The position numbers and the translations under genes are program-made. The notes below the pieces were generated by a model. The model made no database searches. It was not told where the DNA came from and saw nothing but the letters and a program-made list of their open reading frames with translations. From positions 1,423-65,422 of the forward strand of contig JAZNKS010000105.1 in the NCBI GenBank assembly GCA_045578725.1: a stretch of DNA of 64,000 nucleotides, in the 5' to 3' direction. How positions within the stretch are numbered: the stretch's first letter is position 1; every line of letters begins with the position of its first letter. Below, in pieces: positions 36,890 to 46,373 of this stretch. The DNA comes from Candidatus Flemingiibacterium sp. Lineage in GTDB: Bacteria > Bacillota > Clostridia > Oscillospirales > CAG-272.

Positions 36890-38245
36890 TCATTCGATAA
36901 TATCTTCCAGGCTGTCCAGCATCGCTTCGCTTTCGGCAACGACAATCACGCTGTCCCCGGCCTCGATGGTATCCGAGCCGTGCGGATAAATGACCTTCGT
37001 TCCCCGGATGATACAGCCCAGCAGAAGATTCTTTTTCAGCTTCATATCTTTCAGCGGCACGCCGAGGGAAACAAAACCCTCATCCGCCGCAAATTCCAGA
37101 ACCTCGGCCTTGTCATCCATAATGGTATACAACGTCTGAACTCCGCTTCCGGATGAATTGCCGATACCGCGCACATAACGAAGGATATAGTCTGCTGTCA
37201 GGCTCTTGGGCGACACCACGCACTCAAGTCCGATCGATTCCAGCATCTTGATCATATTCAGCCGGTTGACCTTGGTGATAACCTTGGCCACCTTGCGGCT
37301 TTCCGAAAACAGGGAGATGATGATATTCTCCTCGTCCACACCGGTCAGCGACACCGTGGCATCCACCGTATCCACGCCCTCCTCCAGGAGAACATCGCTG
37401 TCCGTGCCGTCCGCATGAATCACGGTCGCCTTCGGCAGCTGCTCTGCCAGAAAATGAGCACGTTCCTCGTCAATCTCGATAATCTTGACCCGGATTCCCA
37501 TGCCCAGCAGCTCCCGCGCCAGAAAATAGGAGATCTTGCCGCCGCCGATCAGCATGACGCTTCGGATCGGCTTGATGGCCGTTCCCAGCCGGACGAAATT
37601 CACAAGCTCGGTGTGCGGCGCCGTGACATGAATGACATCCTCCGCCTCCAATACGAAATCGCCGGACGGAATCGTGACGGTATCGCCTCTGCGCACCGCA
37701 CAGATCAGCAAATTGACCTTGTAGCGGCTGCGGAGCTCGGACAGACGGCATCCGCAGAGCGGATTGCCCGGCGAAAGCTTCAGCTCGGCCAGATCGACCC
37801 GGCCCTTGGCAAAGGTTTCGACCTTCAGCGCCTCCGGCAGCTGGATGATGCGGACAATCTCGTGAGCGGCATCCGCCTCCGGATTGACCGTCATCGACAG
37901 GCCGAAATCGCGGCGCATCCGATGGGTCTGCGCGCTGTATTCGGGATCGCGCACCCGTGCAATGGTATGCCGGGCGCCCATCTTCCGCGCGACCATGCAG
38001 CTGAGAATATTCAGCTCGTCCGATGCGGTAACGGCGATCAGAAGATCCGCCTTCGCGGCACCGGCCTCCTCCAGAACCGTGTGGCTGGCACCGTTTCCGG
38101 TGATTGCCATCACGTCATATTTATTGACGATACTTTCTGTGACTCCGGGATCGTTATCAACGATCACCAGATCGTGTCCTTCCTCGGATATGCAGTCCGC
38201 CAGCTGCTCGCCGACCTTGCCGCATCCGACAATTACAATATACAT
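36890..38245 (-). CDS. trkA: Trk potassium uptake NAD-binding regulatory subunit
   Basis: Two RCK units (IVGCGKVG; IGGGKIS); start MYIVIVG. Confidence 0.95.
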   Translation of the reverse strand: MYIVIVGCGKVGEQLADCISEEGHDLVIVDNDPGVTESIVNKYDVMAITGNGASHTVLEEAGAAKADLLIAVTASDELNILSCMVARKMGARHTIARVRDPEYSAQTHRMRRDFGLSMTVNPEADAAHEIVRIIQLPEALKVETFAKGRVDLAELKLSPGNPLCGCRLSELRSRYKVNLLICAVRRGDTVTIPSGDFVLEAEDVIHVTAPHTELVNFVRLGTAIKPIRSVMLIGGGKISYFLARELLGMGIRVKIIEIDEERAHFLAEQLPKATVIHADGTDSDVLLEEGVDTVDATVSLTGVDEENIIISLFSESRKVAKVITKVNRLNMIKMLESIGLECVVSPKSLTADYILRYVRGIGNSSGSGVQTLYTIMDDKAEVLEFAADEGFVSLGVPLKDMKLKKNLLLGCIIRGTKVIYPHGSDTIEAGDSVIVVAESEAMLDSLEDIIE

Positions 38246-38356
38246 TTTCAAACCCACCATTTCTTCGGTTTCTATTATTTTAACACAATTCCCTTCAAAA
38301 AGCAACTGCCTTTGCAAACAATCTGTGAATAATCTGCCATATTTTTCAGAAAGGGC

Positions 38357-38411
38357 TTGACAGATCATTATGCGTATGATATCATATAGCTGTACTATAA
38401 CAAGTAATACA
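38357..38411 (+). promoter_or_regulatory. sigma-A promoter with YtrA-type operator
   Basis: TTGACA-17-TATCAT, followed by palindrome TGTACTA-N7-TAATACA at 38391-38411. Confidence 0.72.
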
Positions 38412-38438
38412 GTCGATCAGACAGAAAGGAAACCGATT

Positions 38439-38816
38439 ATGGGCGCCATAACCGTCGACACACGGGACCGCAAACCAATCTGGGAGCAGCTGGTATCCAA
38501 CATCAAATCGCTGGTACTGCGGGGCATCCTCAAGCCGGACGAACAGCTCCCCAGCGTGCGGGCGCTGGCCGGCGAGCTTGCCATCAATCCCAACACCATC
38601 CAGAAAGCGTACGCCGAGCTGGAGCGGCAGGGCATCATTTGCTCCCTTCCCGGCCGCGGCAGCTTCATCACCGGCAGCATCGATGAGCTGACCCGCATCC
38701 GCCGCCAGCGGATCTTTGAAGAACTGGAGATCTGCCTGAAAAAAGCGCAGGAAGCCGGGATCATCCGGGAAGAAATTATGGAAGCTGCCGAAAAAATCTA
38801 CGGAGGACAGAAATGA
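38439..38816 (+). CDS. GntR family (YtrA subfamily) transcriptional regulator
   Basis: PIWEQL...LPSVRALAGELAINPNTIQKAYAELE...GRGSF; short C-terminus; precedes ABC genes. Confidence 0.93.
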   Translation: MGAITVDTRDRKPIWEQLVSNIKSLVLRGILKPDEQLPSVRALAGELAINPNTIQKAYAELERQGIICSLPGRGSFITGSIDELTRIRRQRIFEELEICLKKAQEAGIIREEIMEAAEKIYGGQK

Positions 38817-39712
38817 TTGCGATTGAAAATGTATCCATGACATACGGTAATGTCCGATCGCTGGATCAGGTCAGCGCCGTCATCCGGGACGGCTCGATCT
38901 TCGGTCTGATCGGATCGAACGGATCGGGCAAATCCACGCTGCTGCGCATTATGTGCGGCGTTATCCGGCCGGACAGCGGAACCGTTTTGTATGATGGCGA
39001 GTCCGTCTGGGAAAATGATCTCAAAAAGCAGGAGATCCTCTATCTGTCCGATGAGCAGTTTTTCCTGCCGCACAGCACGATCAACGATATGAAGCGCTTC
39101 TACAAAAGCGTGTATACCGGCTTTTCGGAGGAAACCTTCAAAAAGCTCCGCGGCATCTTCACCCTTGACTGCGACCGCAAGATCAACACCTTCTCCAAAG
39201 GTATGAAAAAGCAGGCGGCGGTCATGCTGGCTCTTGCCTCCCGCCCGCGCGTTCTTCTGTGCGATGAAACCTTCGATGGCCTGGATCCGGTCATCCGCCA
39301 GCTGGTCAAGCGGATACTGGCCGAGGAATCGGCCGAAAGCGGGATGACGACCATCATCGCCTCGCACAATCTCCGGGAAATGGAGGATATCTGCGACACA
39401 GTGGCTCTGCTCCACAAGGGCGACCTGCTCTTCTCCCGGGAGCTGGATGACATGAAGCTCGCCATTCACAAGGTGCAGGCCATCTTCGAGGGCGAATTCG
39501 ATGTCGGAAAGCTGGCCGATCTTAAAATTATCGGATATGAGCGCCGCGGCAGTCTTGTCACCTTTGTGGCACGCGGCGAGGCCGATGAAATCCGTGATGC
39601 CATGCAGGAAAAGGCACCCACATTCTTTGAAATGATCCCCCTCACCCTGGAGGAAATCTTCATCAGCGAAATGGAGGAAAAAGGCTATGACTTCAGCAAA
39701 CTTGTCTACTGA
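38813..39712 (+). CDS. ABC transporter ATP-binding protein (YtrB-like)
   Basis: GSNGSGKST, FSKGMKK, LCDETFDGLD, SH. Confidence 0.94.
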   Translation: MIAIENVSMTYGNVRSLDQVSAVIRDGSIFGLIGSNGSGKSTLLRIMCGVIRPDSGTVLYDGESVWENDLKKQEILYLSDEQFFLPHSTINDMKRFYKSVYTGFSEETFKKLRGIFTLDCDRKINTFSKGMKKQAAVMLALASRPRVLLCDETFDGLDPVIRQLVKRILAEESAESGMTTIIASHNLREMEDICDTVALLHKGDLLFSRELDDMKLAIHKVQAIFEGEFDVGKLADLKIIGYERRGSLVTFVARGEADEIRDAMQEKAPTFFEMIPLTLEEIFISEMEEKGYDFSKLVY

Positions 39713-41822
39713 GCGCACCGCCCGTCCCAAAGCTCCGTTTGGCTGGCTGTTCGGCTTCACCCTGCGTCAGCACTGGACAACCGCGCTGCTGTATTCCATT
39801 ATTTTCTTCTTCGTTCTGCCGGTTCCGGTACTGATGGTGCTGACCGAATTCCGTGACAGCTCCCGCTATCCGAACAATCTGATCAACGATCTCACCGATT
39901 GGAGCGAATACATCCGCTATGCCACTACCCCCATTCTCTCCGTGCTGGCTATCATCATGGCGATCGTCCTCTTTCAGTATCTGAAGAACAAGGTGTCGGT
40001 GGACTTCTATCATTCCCTCCCGCTGAAGCGGGATCGGCTGTACATCAATCAGCTGGCCTCCGGCGCGCTGATTCTGGCCGTACCGTTTTTCGTCATGCTC
40101 CTTTTCACCGGCATTCTCATCGCCGTCAACGGGGTGATGACCGGCGAAATCCTTTATAATATGCTGATCGTCCTGCGGGATACCCTGCTGTACGCGCTGC
40201 TCTTCTATTCCATCGGAACGCTGGTGGGCATGGTCTGCGGCCTCAGCTTTGTTCAGCTTCTGCTGACGCTGGTTGCCCTCTTCATTCTGCCGGCCATCCA
40301 TGCGGTAACGGTTCTTTATCTCGATATTTTCGTTGAGAATATGTGGACGGACTGGTACTTCAATGCCGATCTCTTCCGCACCCTCTCACCGGTGCTTAAG
40401 TTCTTCATCGATCTTGCCGAGGAAGGTGAGCTTCTGCGTATCGCCGATCTGATTCTCTTCCCGCTTATTTCGGCAGCCCTGCTGGTCGGCGGATACTTTG
40501 TCTACCGCTATCGCAGGAGTGAGCGCGCCGGCACACCGGTGGTCTTCCCGCTGCTGGGCTCCGTCATTAAGTACATCCTGGTCTATCTCGGCACGCTGCT
40601 CGGCTCCCTGCTCTTCTATTACATCACAGACAGCCTCTTCTGGACCATCTTCGGTATGGTCTGCGGCGGTCTGCTGGTCTTCATGCTGGCCAACACCATT
40701 CTGTTCAAGACGGCCAAGGCCATGTTCAAGGGTTGGAAGCACCTCTGCATCTGGGGCGCAATCGCCGCTGTCGCCTTCCTTATCCTCCTTACCAATGCCT
40801 TCGGCATCAACGATTATGTCCCCACCCCCGGCAATCTCTCCCGCGTGGAGGTTTCCTTCGGCTATTCCGGTGCCGGCCCGCTGACCTTCCGCGATTCGGA
40901 TGTCATGAAGGCCGTCCGCAATGTCTACCTCGAGGGGCTCCGGGTTTCAAATGATCCCTTCGACTGGAAGGAAGAAAACACCGTGGAAATTGCTCCTGTC
41001 GATATGGAGGTCTACGAATACGAATACCGGTACTTAGATGAATCCATCCGCATGGAGGTGGTCTTCTATCCGAAATTCGGCCTGCCTGTGGCAAAGAGCC
41101 TCTGGATCTACGAAACCGCCGATGCGATCGACGATTTCCGGATCATTCTGGACAGCGATGAATTCGAAGCGCAAATTCAGAAGCATCTGAACGATCATCT
41201 CGACTGGAGCAGCAGCCGCGCACGGCTCTCGCTTGATGCCATGAGCCTCTCCATCAAGGACAACGCGATGATTATCGATTCCATCGACAACTATACCACC
41301 CGCGAGGCAACGCCCGAGGCCCTGCGCCTGCTGGAATCGCTGAAGAAGGATTACACCGATATCGGCTTTGACACCTTCCAGAAGAATGTGGTCGGCGAAG
41401 TCAGCCTGCGCAATGACTCCTATGACTATGTTTATCTGCCGATTATGCTCGACATGAACAACACCCTGCCGATCATCCGGAATCTCGGCCTGTCCGAAAC
41501 CGATTTCGGTACGTTCACCGATCTGATTTTGGCGGCGGTGGATAAAATCACCGTCACCGACCGCGAGACCGGTCAGTCGCTGACCTTCCAAAAGGAAAGC
41601 GAGCTCCGTCAGATTCTGGATCATACCCGGTATCCGATCAGTTCCTTCAACGGATTCTCCTTCGCCTTTACCGAGTCCCGGTATACCGTAACCTATGCCA
41701 TCAAGGCAAAGAATTACAACCACCGCGTGGACGACGGCTCTGTTCCGGATGCCAGCCTCTGCCAGACCCGCTTCTTTATCGATCAGGTTCCCGCCTTCAT
41801 CACCGAAGCCTTCGGCAAGTAA
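39687..41822 (+). CDS. ABC exporter permease with large C-terminal extracellular domain
   Basis: About 10 TM helices, DFYHSLPLKRDRLY motif, hydrophilic C-terminal ~330 aa. Confidence 0.82.
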   Translation: MTSANLSTERTARPKAPFGWLFGFTLRQHWTTALLYSIIFFFVLPVPVLMVLTEFRDSSRYPNNLINDLTDWSEYIRYATTPILSVLAIIMAIVLFQYLKNKVSVDFYHSLPLKRDRLYINQLASGALILAVPFFVMLLFTGILIAVNGVMTGEILYNMLIVLRDTLLYALLFYSIGTLVGMVCGLSFVQLLLTLVALFILPAIHAVTVLYLDIFVENMWTDWYFNADLFRTLSPVLKFFIDLAEEGELLRIADLILFPLISAALLVGGYFVYRYRRSERAGTPVVFPLLGSVIKYILVYLGTLLGSLLFYYITDSLFWTIFGMVCGGLLVFMLANTILFKTAKAMFKGWKHLCIWGAIAAVAFLILLTNAFGINDYVPTPGNLSRVEVSFGYSGAGPLTFRDSDVMKAVRNVYLEGLRVSNDPFDWKEENTVEIAPVDMEVYEYEYRYLDESIRMEVVFYPKFGLPVAKSLWIYETADAIDDFRIILDSDEFEAQIQKHLNDHLDWSSSRARLSLDAMSLSIKDNAMIIDSIDNYTTREATPEALRLLESLKKDYTDIGFDTFQKNVVGEVSLRNDSYDYVYLPIMLDMNNTLPIIRNLGLSETDFGTFTDLILAAVDKITVTDRETGQSLTFQKESELRQILDHTRYPISSFNGFSFAFTESRYTVTYAIKAKNYNHRVDDGSVPDASLCQTRFFIDQVPAFITEAFGK

Positions 41823-41850
41823 GCCGGCCGCAAAACAGCCAATAACCCGC

Positions 41851-41884
41851 AAAGTCCCGGCTTCCGTACGAAAGCCGGGACTTT
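41851..41884 (+). terminator. terminator
   Basis: AAAGTCCCGGCTT...AAGCCGGGACTTT. Confidence 0.75.
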
Positions 41885-42017
41885 ATTCATCATTTATTCA
41901 CAATAATGGCGATTATTTCACGGGAATCCCCCGCGAAATTTTAATTTTGTTCACTCATTTTTTTGCAGATGTGATATAATAATGGTAACGAATATGCGTC
42001 AAAGGATGAATTCACAT

Positions 42018-42794
42018 ATGCAGATCAGTGCAAAAGAAATTGCTTCTCTGGTACGGACCCTGTCAAGGACTGCCGATCAGCCGCATTTCACCTCCGCCAT
42101 TATCGCCGCCGCCGGACAGGGCCGACGGATGGGCGGTACCGACGGCATCACCAAGCAGCAGCTGGAGCTGTGCGGGATGCCGGTCATTGTCCGCACGCTG
42201 AAAGCCTTTCAGGACTGCCCGCTGATCGACGAGATCATCGTCGTCGCGCTGGCTCCGGAAATCCCGATGTACGAGGACTACCGGAAGAAATGGAAGCTGG
42301 ACAAGATCACCGCCGTCACTCCCGGCGGCGATACCCGTCAGGAATCCGTCCGCCTCGGATTTGAGAAAATCGATGAGCGCTCGGAATTTGTTGCCATTCA
42401 TGACGGCGCCCGCTGTCTGATCACCGGCGAAAACATCGAAGCGGTGGTCCGCGAGGCTTATCGGCGGGGTGCCGCAACCGCCGCCACCCGTGCCAGCGAT
42501 ACCGTCAAGCGTGCCGATTCCAAGGGCTTTATCGAGGAAACGATCGACCGCGAAACGCTCTGGTTTGCGCAGACACCGCAGGTCTTCAAGACCGAGCTTT
42601 ACCGTGCAGCCGCCTATGTCGCGCTTGACGAAGGCTTTACGGCCACCGATGACAATTCGCTGGCCGAGCATATCGGCTATGCCGTGAAGCTGGTTGACTG
42701 CGGTCACGAGAATATCAAGATCACCACGCCCTCCGACCTTGCCATCGCCGAGGTCGTCCTCCGTCAGAGAGAAAAAAAGGATCGGGAGAATTAA
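42018..42794 (+). CDS. ispD: 2-C-methyl-D-erythritol 4-phosphate cytidylyltransferase
   Basis: AAAGQGRRMG, GGDTRQESV, IHDGAR, AQTPQVF, TDD, NIKITTPSDL. Confidence 0.93.
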   Translation: MQISAKEIASLVRTLSRTADQPHFTSAIIAAAGQGRRMGGTDGITKQQLELCGMPVIVRTLKAFQDCPLIDEIIVVALAPEIPMYEDYRKKWKLDKITAVTPGGDTRQESVRLGFEKIDERSEFVAIHDGARCLITGENIEAVVREAYRRGAATAATRASDTVKRADSKGFIEETIDRETLWFAQTPQVFKTELYRAAAYVALDEGFTATDDNSLAEHIGYAVKLVDCGHENIKITTPSDLAIAEVVLRQREKKDREN

Positions 42795-42822
42795 CTCTCC
42801 CGATCCCCTCCGGATTCCCGCT

Positions 42823-42987
42823 TCAGAATTGCTCCTGCTGACTTCTGCGGTTTTCCGCGCGGTCGGATTCACGGCTGTTCTTATTCTGCCGGTTGTCCGG
42901 ATTCTGATTCTGGGTCTGGTTCTGGCCCGGATTGGAATTCTTACCGGGATTCTGCTTGTTCGTATTCTTTTCGTTGCTGTACATCAT
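42823..42987 (-). CDS. small Asn/Gln-rich hydrophilic protein (54 aa), possibly sporulation-associated
   Basis: MMYSNEKNTNKQNPGKNSNPGQNQTQNQN...; strong RBS AAGGAG; fills an otherwise empty intergenic gap. Confidence 0.62.
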   Translation of the reverse strand: MMYSNEKNTNKQNPGKNSNPGQNQTQNQNPDNRQNKNSRESDRAENRRSQQEQF

Positions 42988-43100
42988 TTGTACTCCTTCC
43001 CTCATCGCACAGGCGACGGATTCATCCGTAATTTCCTCGGGAAATTACAGAACCAGTATTCACGCTTTCACGAAATCTTATTCATTTATGCGAGGTAGCT

Positions 43101-44054
43101 ATGAAATATTATCCTATGAAACTCATCCCCGCCGTCAAGGAAATCATCTGGGGCGGTCAGAAGCTGAAGAACGATTACGGCAAGACGGCCGATTTTGACA
43201 AGCTCGCCGAAAGCTGGGAGCTTACCGTCCGGCCCGATGGCATGAACACCGTCGCAAACGGCGAGGCCGCCGGTCAGACACTGGAGGCATTCTTCGCCGC
43301 CCATCCCGATGCGCTCGGCAGCCGCGGTGCAGGAGAGCGCTTCCCTCTGCTGATCAAATTCATCGATGCCTGCGACCGTCTGTCGGTTCAGGTGCATCCG
43401 GCCGATGACTATGCGCTGAAAAATGAGAACGAATTCGGCAAGACCGAGATGTGGTACATCGTGGAGGCTGAGGAGGGCGCCCAACTTGTCTTCGGCGTCG
43501 AGAACTATACGCCCGAAGCCTTCGATGCGGCGATCCGCGAGGGCCGCGTTGAGGAAATGCTCCACAGTGTCACGGTTCACGCCGGCGATGTCTATTTCAT
43601 CCCCGCCGGTCTGGTCCATGCCATCGGCGCCGGGATCCTGATCTGCGAAATCCAGCAGAATTCCAATGTCACCTACCGCGTGTACGACTACAACCGTCCC
43701 GGCAAGGACGGCAAGCCCCGCGAGCTTCATGTCGAAAAGGCCAAGCAGGTTATCGTGGACTACACACCCGAGGAAATCGAGCGGCTCCGCTTTGAGGCTG
43801 CTGACAAGCGGGATGACTCCCTTCTTGCCGCGTGCGGCAAGTTCACGGTCCGCAGGTATGCCGTCAACGGCGAGCAGAAGCTGACAGCCACATCCGAAAG
43901 CTTCCTCTCGCTGACCTTCACCGAAGGCGAAGGCCATATCCTGGCAGGCGGGGAAAGCTATCCGATCTGCAAGGGTGAAACCTGGCTGATTCCGGCCGGC
44001 CTCGGCGATTTCACCGTCAGCGGCCGCAATGTCTGCATCACGGCAGAGGTATAA
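43101..44054 (+). CDS. manA: mannose-6-phosphate isomerase, class I
   Basis: IWGG, AESWE, FPLLIKFIDA..LSVQVHP, GKTEMWY, HAIG, EIQQNSNVTYRVYDY. Confidence 0.93.
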   Translation: MKYYPMKLIPAVKEIIWGGQKLKNDYGKTADFDKLAESWELTVRPDGMNTVANGEAAGQTLEAFFAAHPDALGSRGAGERFPLLIKFIDACDRLSVQVHPADDYALKNENEFGKTEMWYIVEAEEGAQLVFGVENYTPEAFDAAIREGRVEEMLHSVTVHAGDVYFIPAGLVHAIGAGILICEIQQNSNVTYRVYDYNRPGKDGKPRELHVEKAKQVIVDYTPEEIERLRFEAADKRDDSLLAACGKFTVRRYAVNGEQKLTATSESFLSLTFTEGEGHILAGGESYPICKGETWLIPAGLGDFTVSGRNVCITAEV

Positions 44055-44065
44055 GCAATCATAAC

Positions 44066-44099
44066 AACCGGCCCGGCACGCGAAGTGCCGGGCCGGTTT
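44066..44099. terminator. terminator between convergent genes
   Basis: AACCGGCCCGGCAC-gcgaa-GTGCCGGGCCGGTT. Confidence 0.78.
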
Positions 44100-44103
44100 G
44101 TCT

Positions 44104-45534
44104 TCAGGCCAATGTAATTTTCAGGCAGTTGGTATAGGCGGTCGGCATCGCATCGGGAAGCTTGACCGTCAGCACACCGAAATTCACGGCGAACGGAATC
44201 TTGCCCTCTCCCAGAAGCTCGACCGATTCAATCTTCTGATCGGCGAAGGATTTCAGCACAGCGGTGCGGTTGTCCGGTGTCTTCATGATGAAGGCGTAGA
44301 CATCCCTGCCCTTGGCGGTGAAGCGATAGTCGGATGCCATCCAGGCCACCTGCTCCTCCTTGAAGCCTTCGATCAGCACGCGGCTCTCACCTTCGGATGC
44401 CGTAATCCACGGGCGCGTGCCGTAGATGGCATCGCCGCAGACCGCATACCAGCCGGCGATCTCCTCCAGCGTCCAGCGGGCCCATTCATCGATGGTGCCG
44501 TCCGGCTTCTGAAGAACATTCAGGAGCATATTGCCGTTCTTGGCTACTACATCAATCAGCATTTCAATGATATGGCCCGGCTTCTTGTAGTTCTGGCGCA
44601 CATCGTAGAACCAGTTGCCGATGCAGGTATCGCAGTGCCAAGGATCCGGCATGATGCCCGGAAGCTGACTCTTTTCGATATCCAGAATACCGACCTTATA
44701 GATCTCCGGCTCCCGCTTCTTCTGCAGATAAACCGCACGGTTTTCGCCGTAGGTCTGAATGGAGCGGTTGTACAGATCGGCAACAGCCGCAAGGCCGGTA
44801 TCATAAAAGCCGGGGCCGAACGGAAGCTCGGAATCCGAGTACAGCAGATCGGGCGTGAAGGCTTCGATCATTTCCCGGACTGCAGCAGCCCAATATTCGT
44901 GGTGACGGCGATCGTCGGTCAGCCAGGGTGCCCGCTCGATCGGGCCGTTTTCATCCGAATACTGATAGTTGTCATAGTAGAAATCGCGGTAGGCGGGATC
45001 GTTTCCGTCATAGAGAACGCCTGCATACGGGCCGGTCTTATCCCAGCCCTTGTTGCGGTTCCACCAGCTGAAAGAGGCCGCCAGATGCTCCGAAAGACCG
45101 AAGGGCATTCCCTTTTTGTCGGCAGCCGCCTTCCACATGGCGCAGATATCCCTGCCCGGGCCGACATTCACCGAATTCATCCGGTTGACCTTGGAAGCAT
45201 AATTGAAGAAGTTGTCGTGATGGGTCGCCTGCGCCATGAAGTAGCGGGCACCGGCCTTGTGGTAGAGCGCCATCAGCTCATCGGGATCAAAGCGCTCGGC
45301 CTTCCAAAGTTTGCAGATATCCTTGTATCCGAACTTCGACGGGTGGCCGTAATGGCGGACATGGTACTTGTACTGCTCCGAGCCCTCCACATACATATGA
45401 CGTGCATACCAGTCGCCGTACATCGGCACCGACTGCGGGCCCCAATGGCTCCAGATACCGAATTTGGCATCGCGGAACCAGGTCGGGCACTCATATTCAT
45501 AGAGCGATTCGAAGGTGGGTTCAAACTTTTTCAT
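44104..45534 (-). CDS. alpha-L-fucosidase-like glycoside hydrolase family 29, cytoplasmic
   Basis: PTWFRDAKFGIWSHWG, AGARY, HHDNF, DVVAKNGNMLLNV, AIYGTRPW. Confidence 0.9.
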   Translation of the reverse strand: MKKFEPTFESLYEYECPTWFRDAKFGIWSHWGPQSVPMYGDWYARHMYVEGSEQYKYHVRHYGHPSKFGYKDICKLWKAERFDPDELMALYHKAGARYFMAQATHHDNFFNYASKVNRMNSVNVGPGRDICAMWKAAADKKGMPFGLSEHLAASFSWWNRNKGWDKTGPYAGVLYDGNDPAYRDFYYDNYQYSDENGPIERAPWLTDDRRHHEYWAAAVREMIEAFTPDLLYSDSELPFGPGFYDTGLAAVADLYNRSIQTYGENRAVYLQKKREPEIYKVGILDIEKSQLPGIMPDPWHCDTCIGNWFYDVRQNYKKPGHIIEMLIDVVAKNGNMLLNVLQKPDGTIDEWARWTLEEIAGWYAVCGDAIYGTRPWITASEGESRVLIEGFKEEQVAWMASDYRFTAKGRDVYAFIMKTPDNRTAVLKSFADQKIESVELLGEGKIPFAVNFGVLTVKLPDAMPTAYTNCLKITLA

Positions 45535-45560
45535 AGGCATCCTCCTTTATTGAGAGAAAA

Positions 45561-46370
45561 TTATTTCATCGGATCAAAGCCTTCAAAAATGAAGGCCGCA
45601 AAGGATTTCCGTCCGTCTGCCAGCGCATCGTGAGATACAAAGGTCCAGCCGACCGGCATCGCACCGAGGCGGCTTGTCAGCCGCCGGACCGCTTTGGAGG
45701 CGAATTGGCGATCGTAGGACACGAAATCCGGCCGGGCAATGAAGTTGAAGACCAGCTCGCCGAGCAGGCGTTTTGCCGCGCCCTCGCCGCGGATTACAGT
45801 TGCCAGCTGACCGCGCAGGATCTCCGGCCGATGCTTTTTGTACCAGCCGGGCACAAACGGATAGAAGGACTGAATGAAGTATTTTCCCGGATAGTCGGCG
45901 AGAATCCGGTCCGCCGCTTCGCAGAGTCTGCGGCAGCCGGATAAATCCGTGCACTTGAATTCAATCAGCAGCGGGACACGTCCTCCCACCTCCTGAAGGC
46001 ATTCGGCTAAAGTCGGAATCCCTTCCCCGCTCTCTCCAAGGCGGAGAGAGCGAAGCTCGCAGAGCGTCATCTCCTCGATTTTTCCGTCAACGCCGCACAT
46101 TCGCAGGGGCGAATCGTCATGGAAGACCACCACCTCGCCGTCTTTGGTGATGTGGATATCGGTTTCGATGATAATACCCGCATCGCAGGCCCGGCGGAAG
46201 GCCGCAAGGGAATTCTCCGGTATGCCGTCGCCGTGCAGACCGCGGTGGGCGATCAGCCGCCCCTCAAGGATTGCCCGATCGGGATGGCGGCGTGCGGTGG
46301 GAAAGATCAGAAAAAGCCAGATCCCGGCGATCAGCGCCGCAGCAGGCAGAATCCACAGAAGCACACCCAT
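45561..46370 (-). CDS. membrane-anchored glycerophosphodiester phosphodiesterase family protein
   Basis: N-terminal TM; IAHRGLH, PENSLAAF, IETDIH, VFHD, LLIEFK. Confidence 0.9.
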   Translation of the reverse strand: MGVLLWILPAAALIAGIWLFLIFPTARRHPDRAILEGRLIAHRGLHGDGIPENSLAAFRRACDAGIIIETDIHITKDGEVVVFHDDSPLRMCGVDGKIEEMTLCELRSLRLGESGEGIPTLAECLQEVGGRVPLLIEFKCTDLSGCRRLCEAADRILADYPGKYFIQSFYPFVPGWYKKHRPEILRGQLATVIRGEGAAKRLLGELVFNFIARPDFVSYDRQFASKAVRRLTSRLGAMPVGWTFVSHDALADGRKSFAAFIFEGFDPMK

Positions 46371-46373
46371 CTG

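Noticed and set aside
38357..41884. GntR-ABC-permease operon as a novel system
   Set aside because: Typical YtrA-regulated ABC module with its standard operator.
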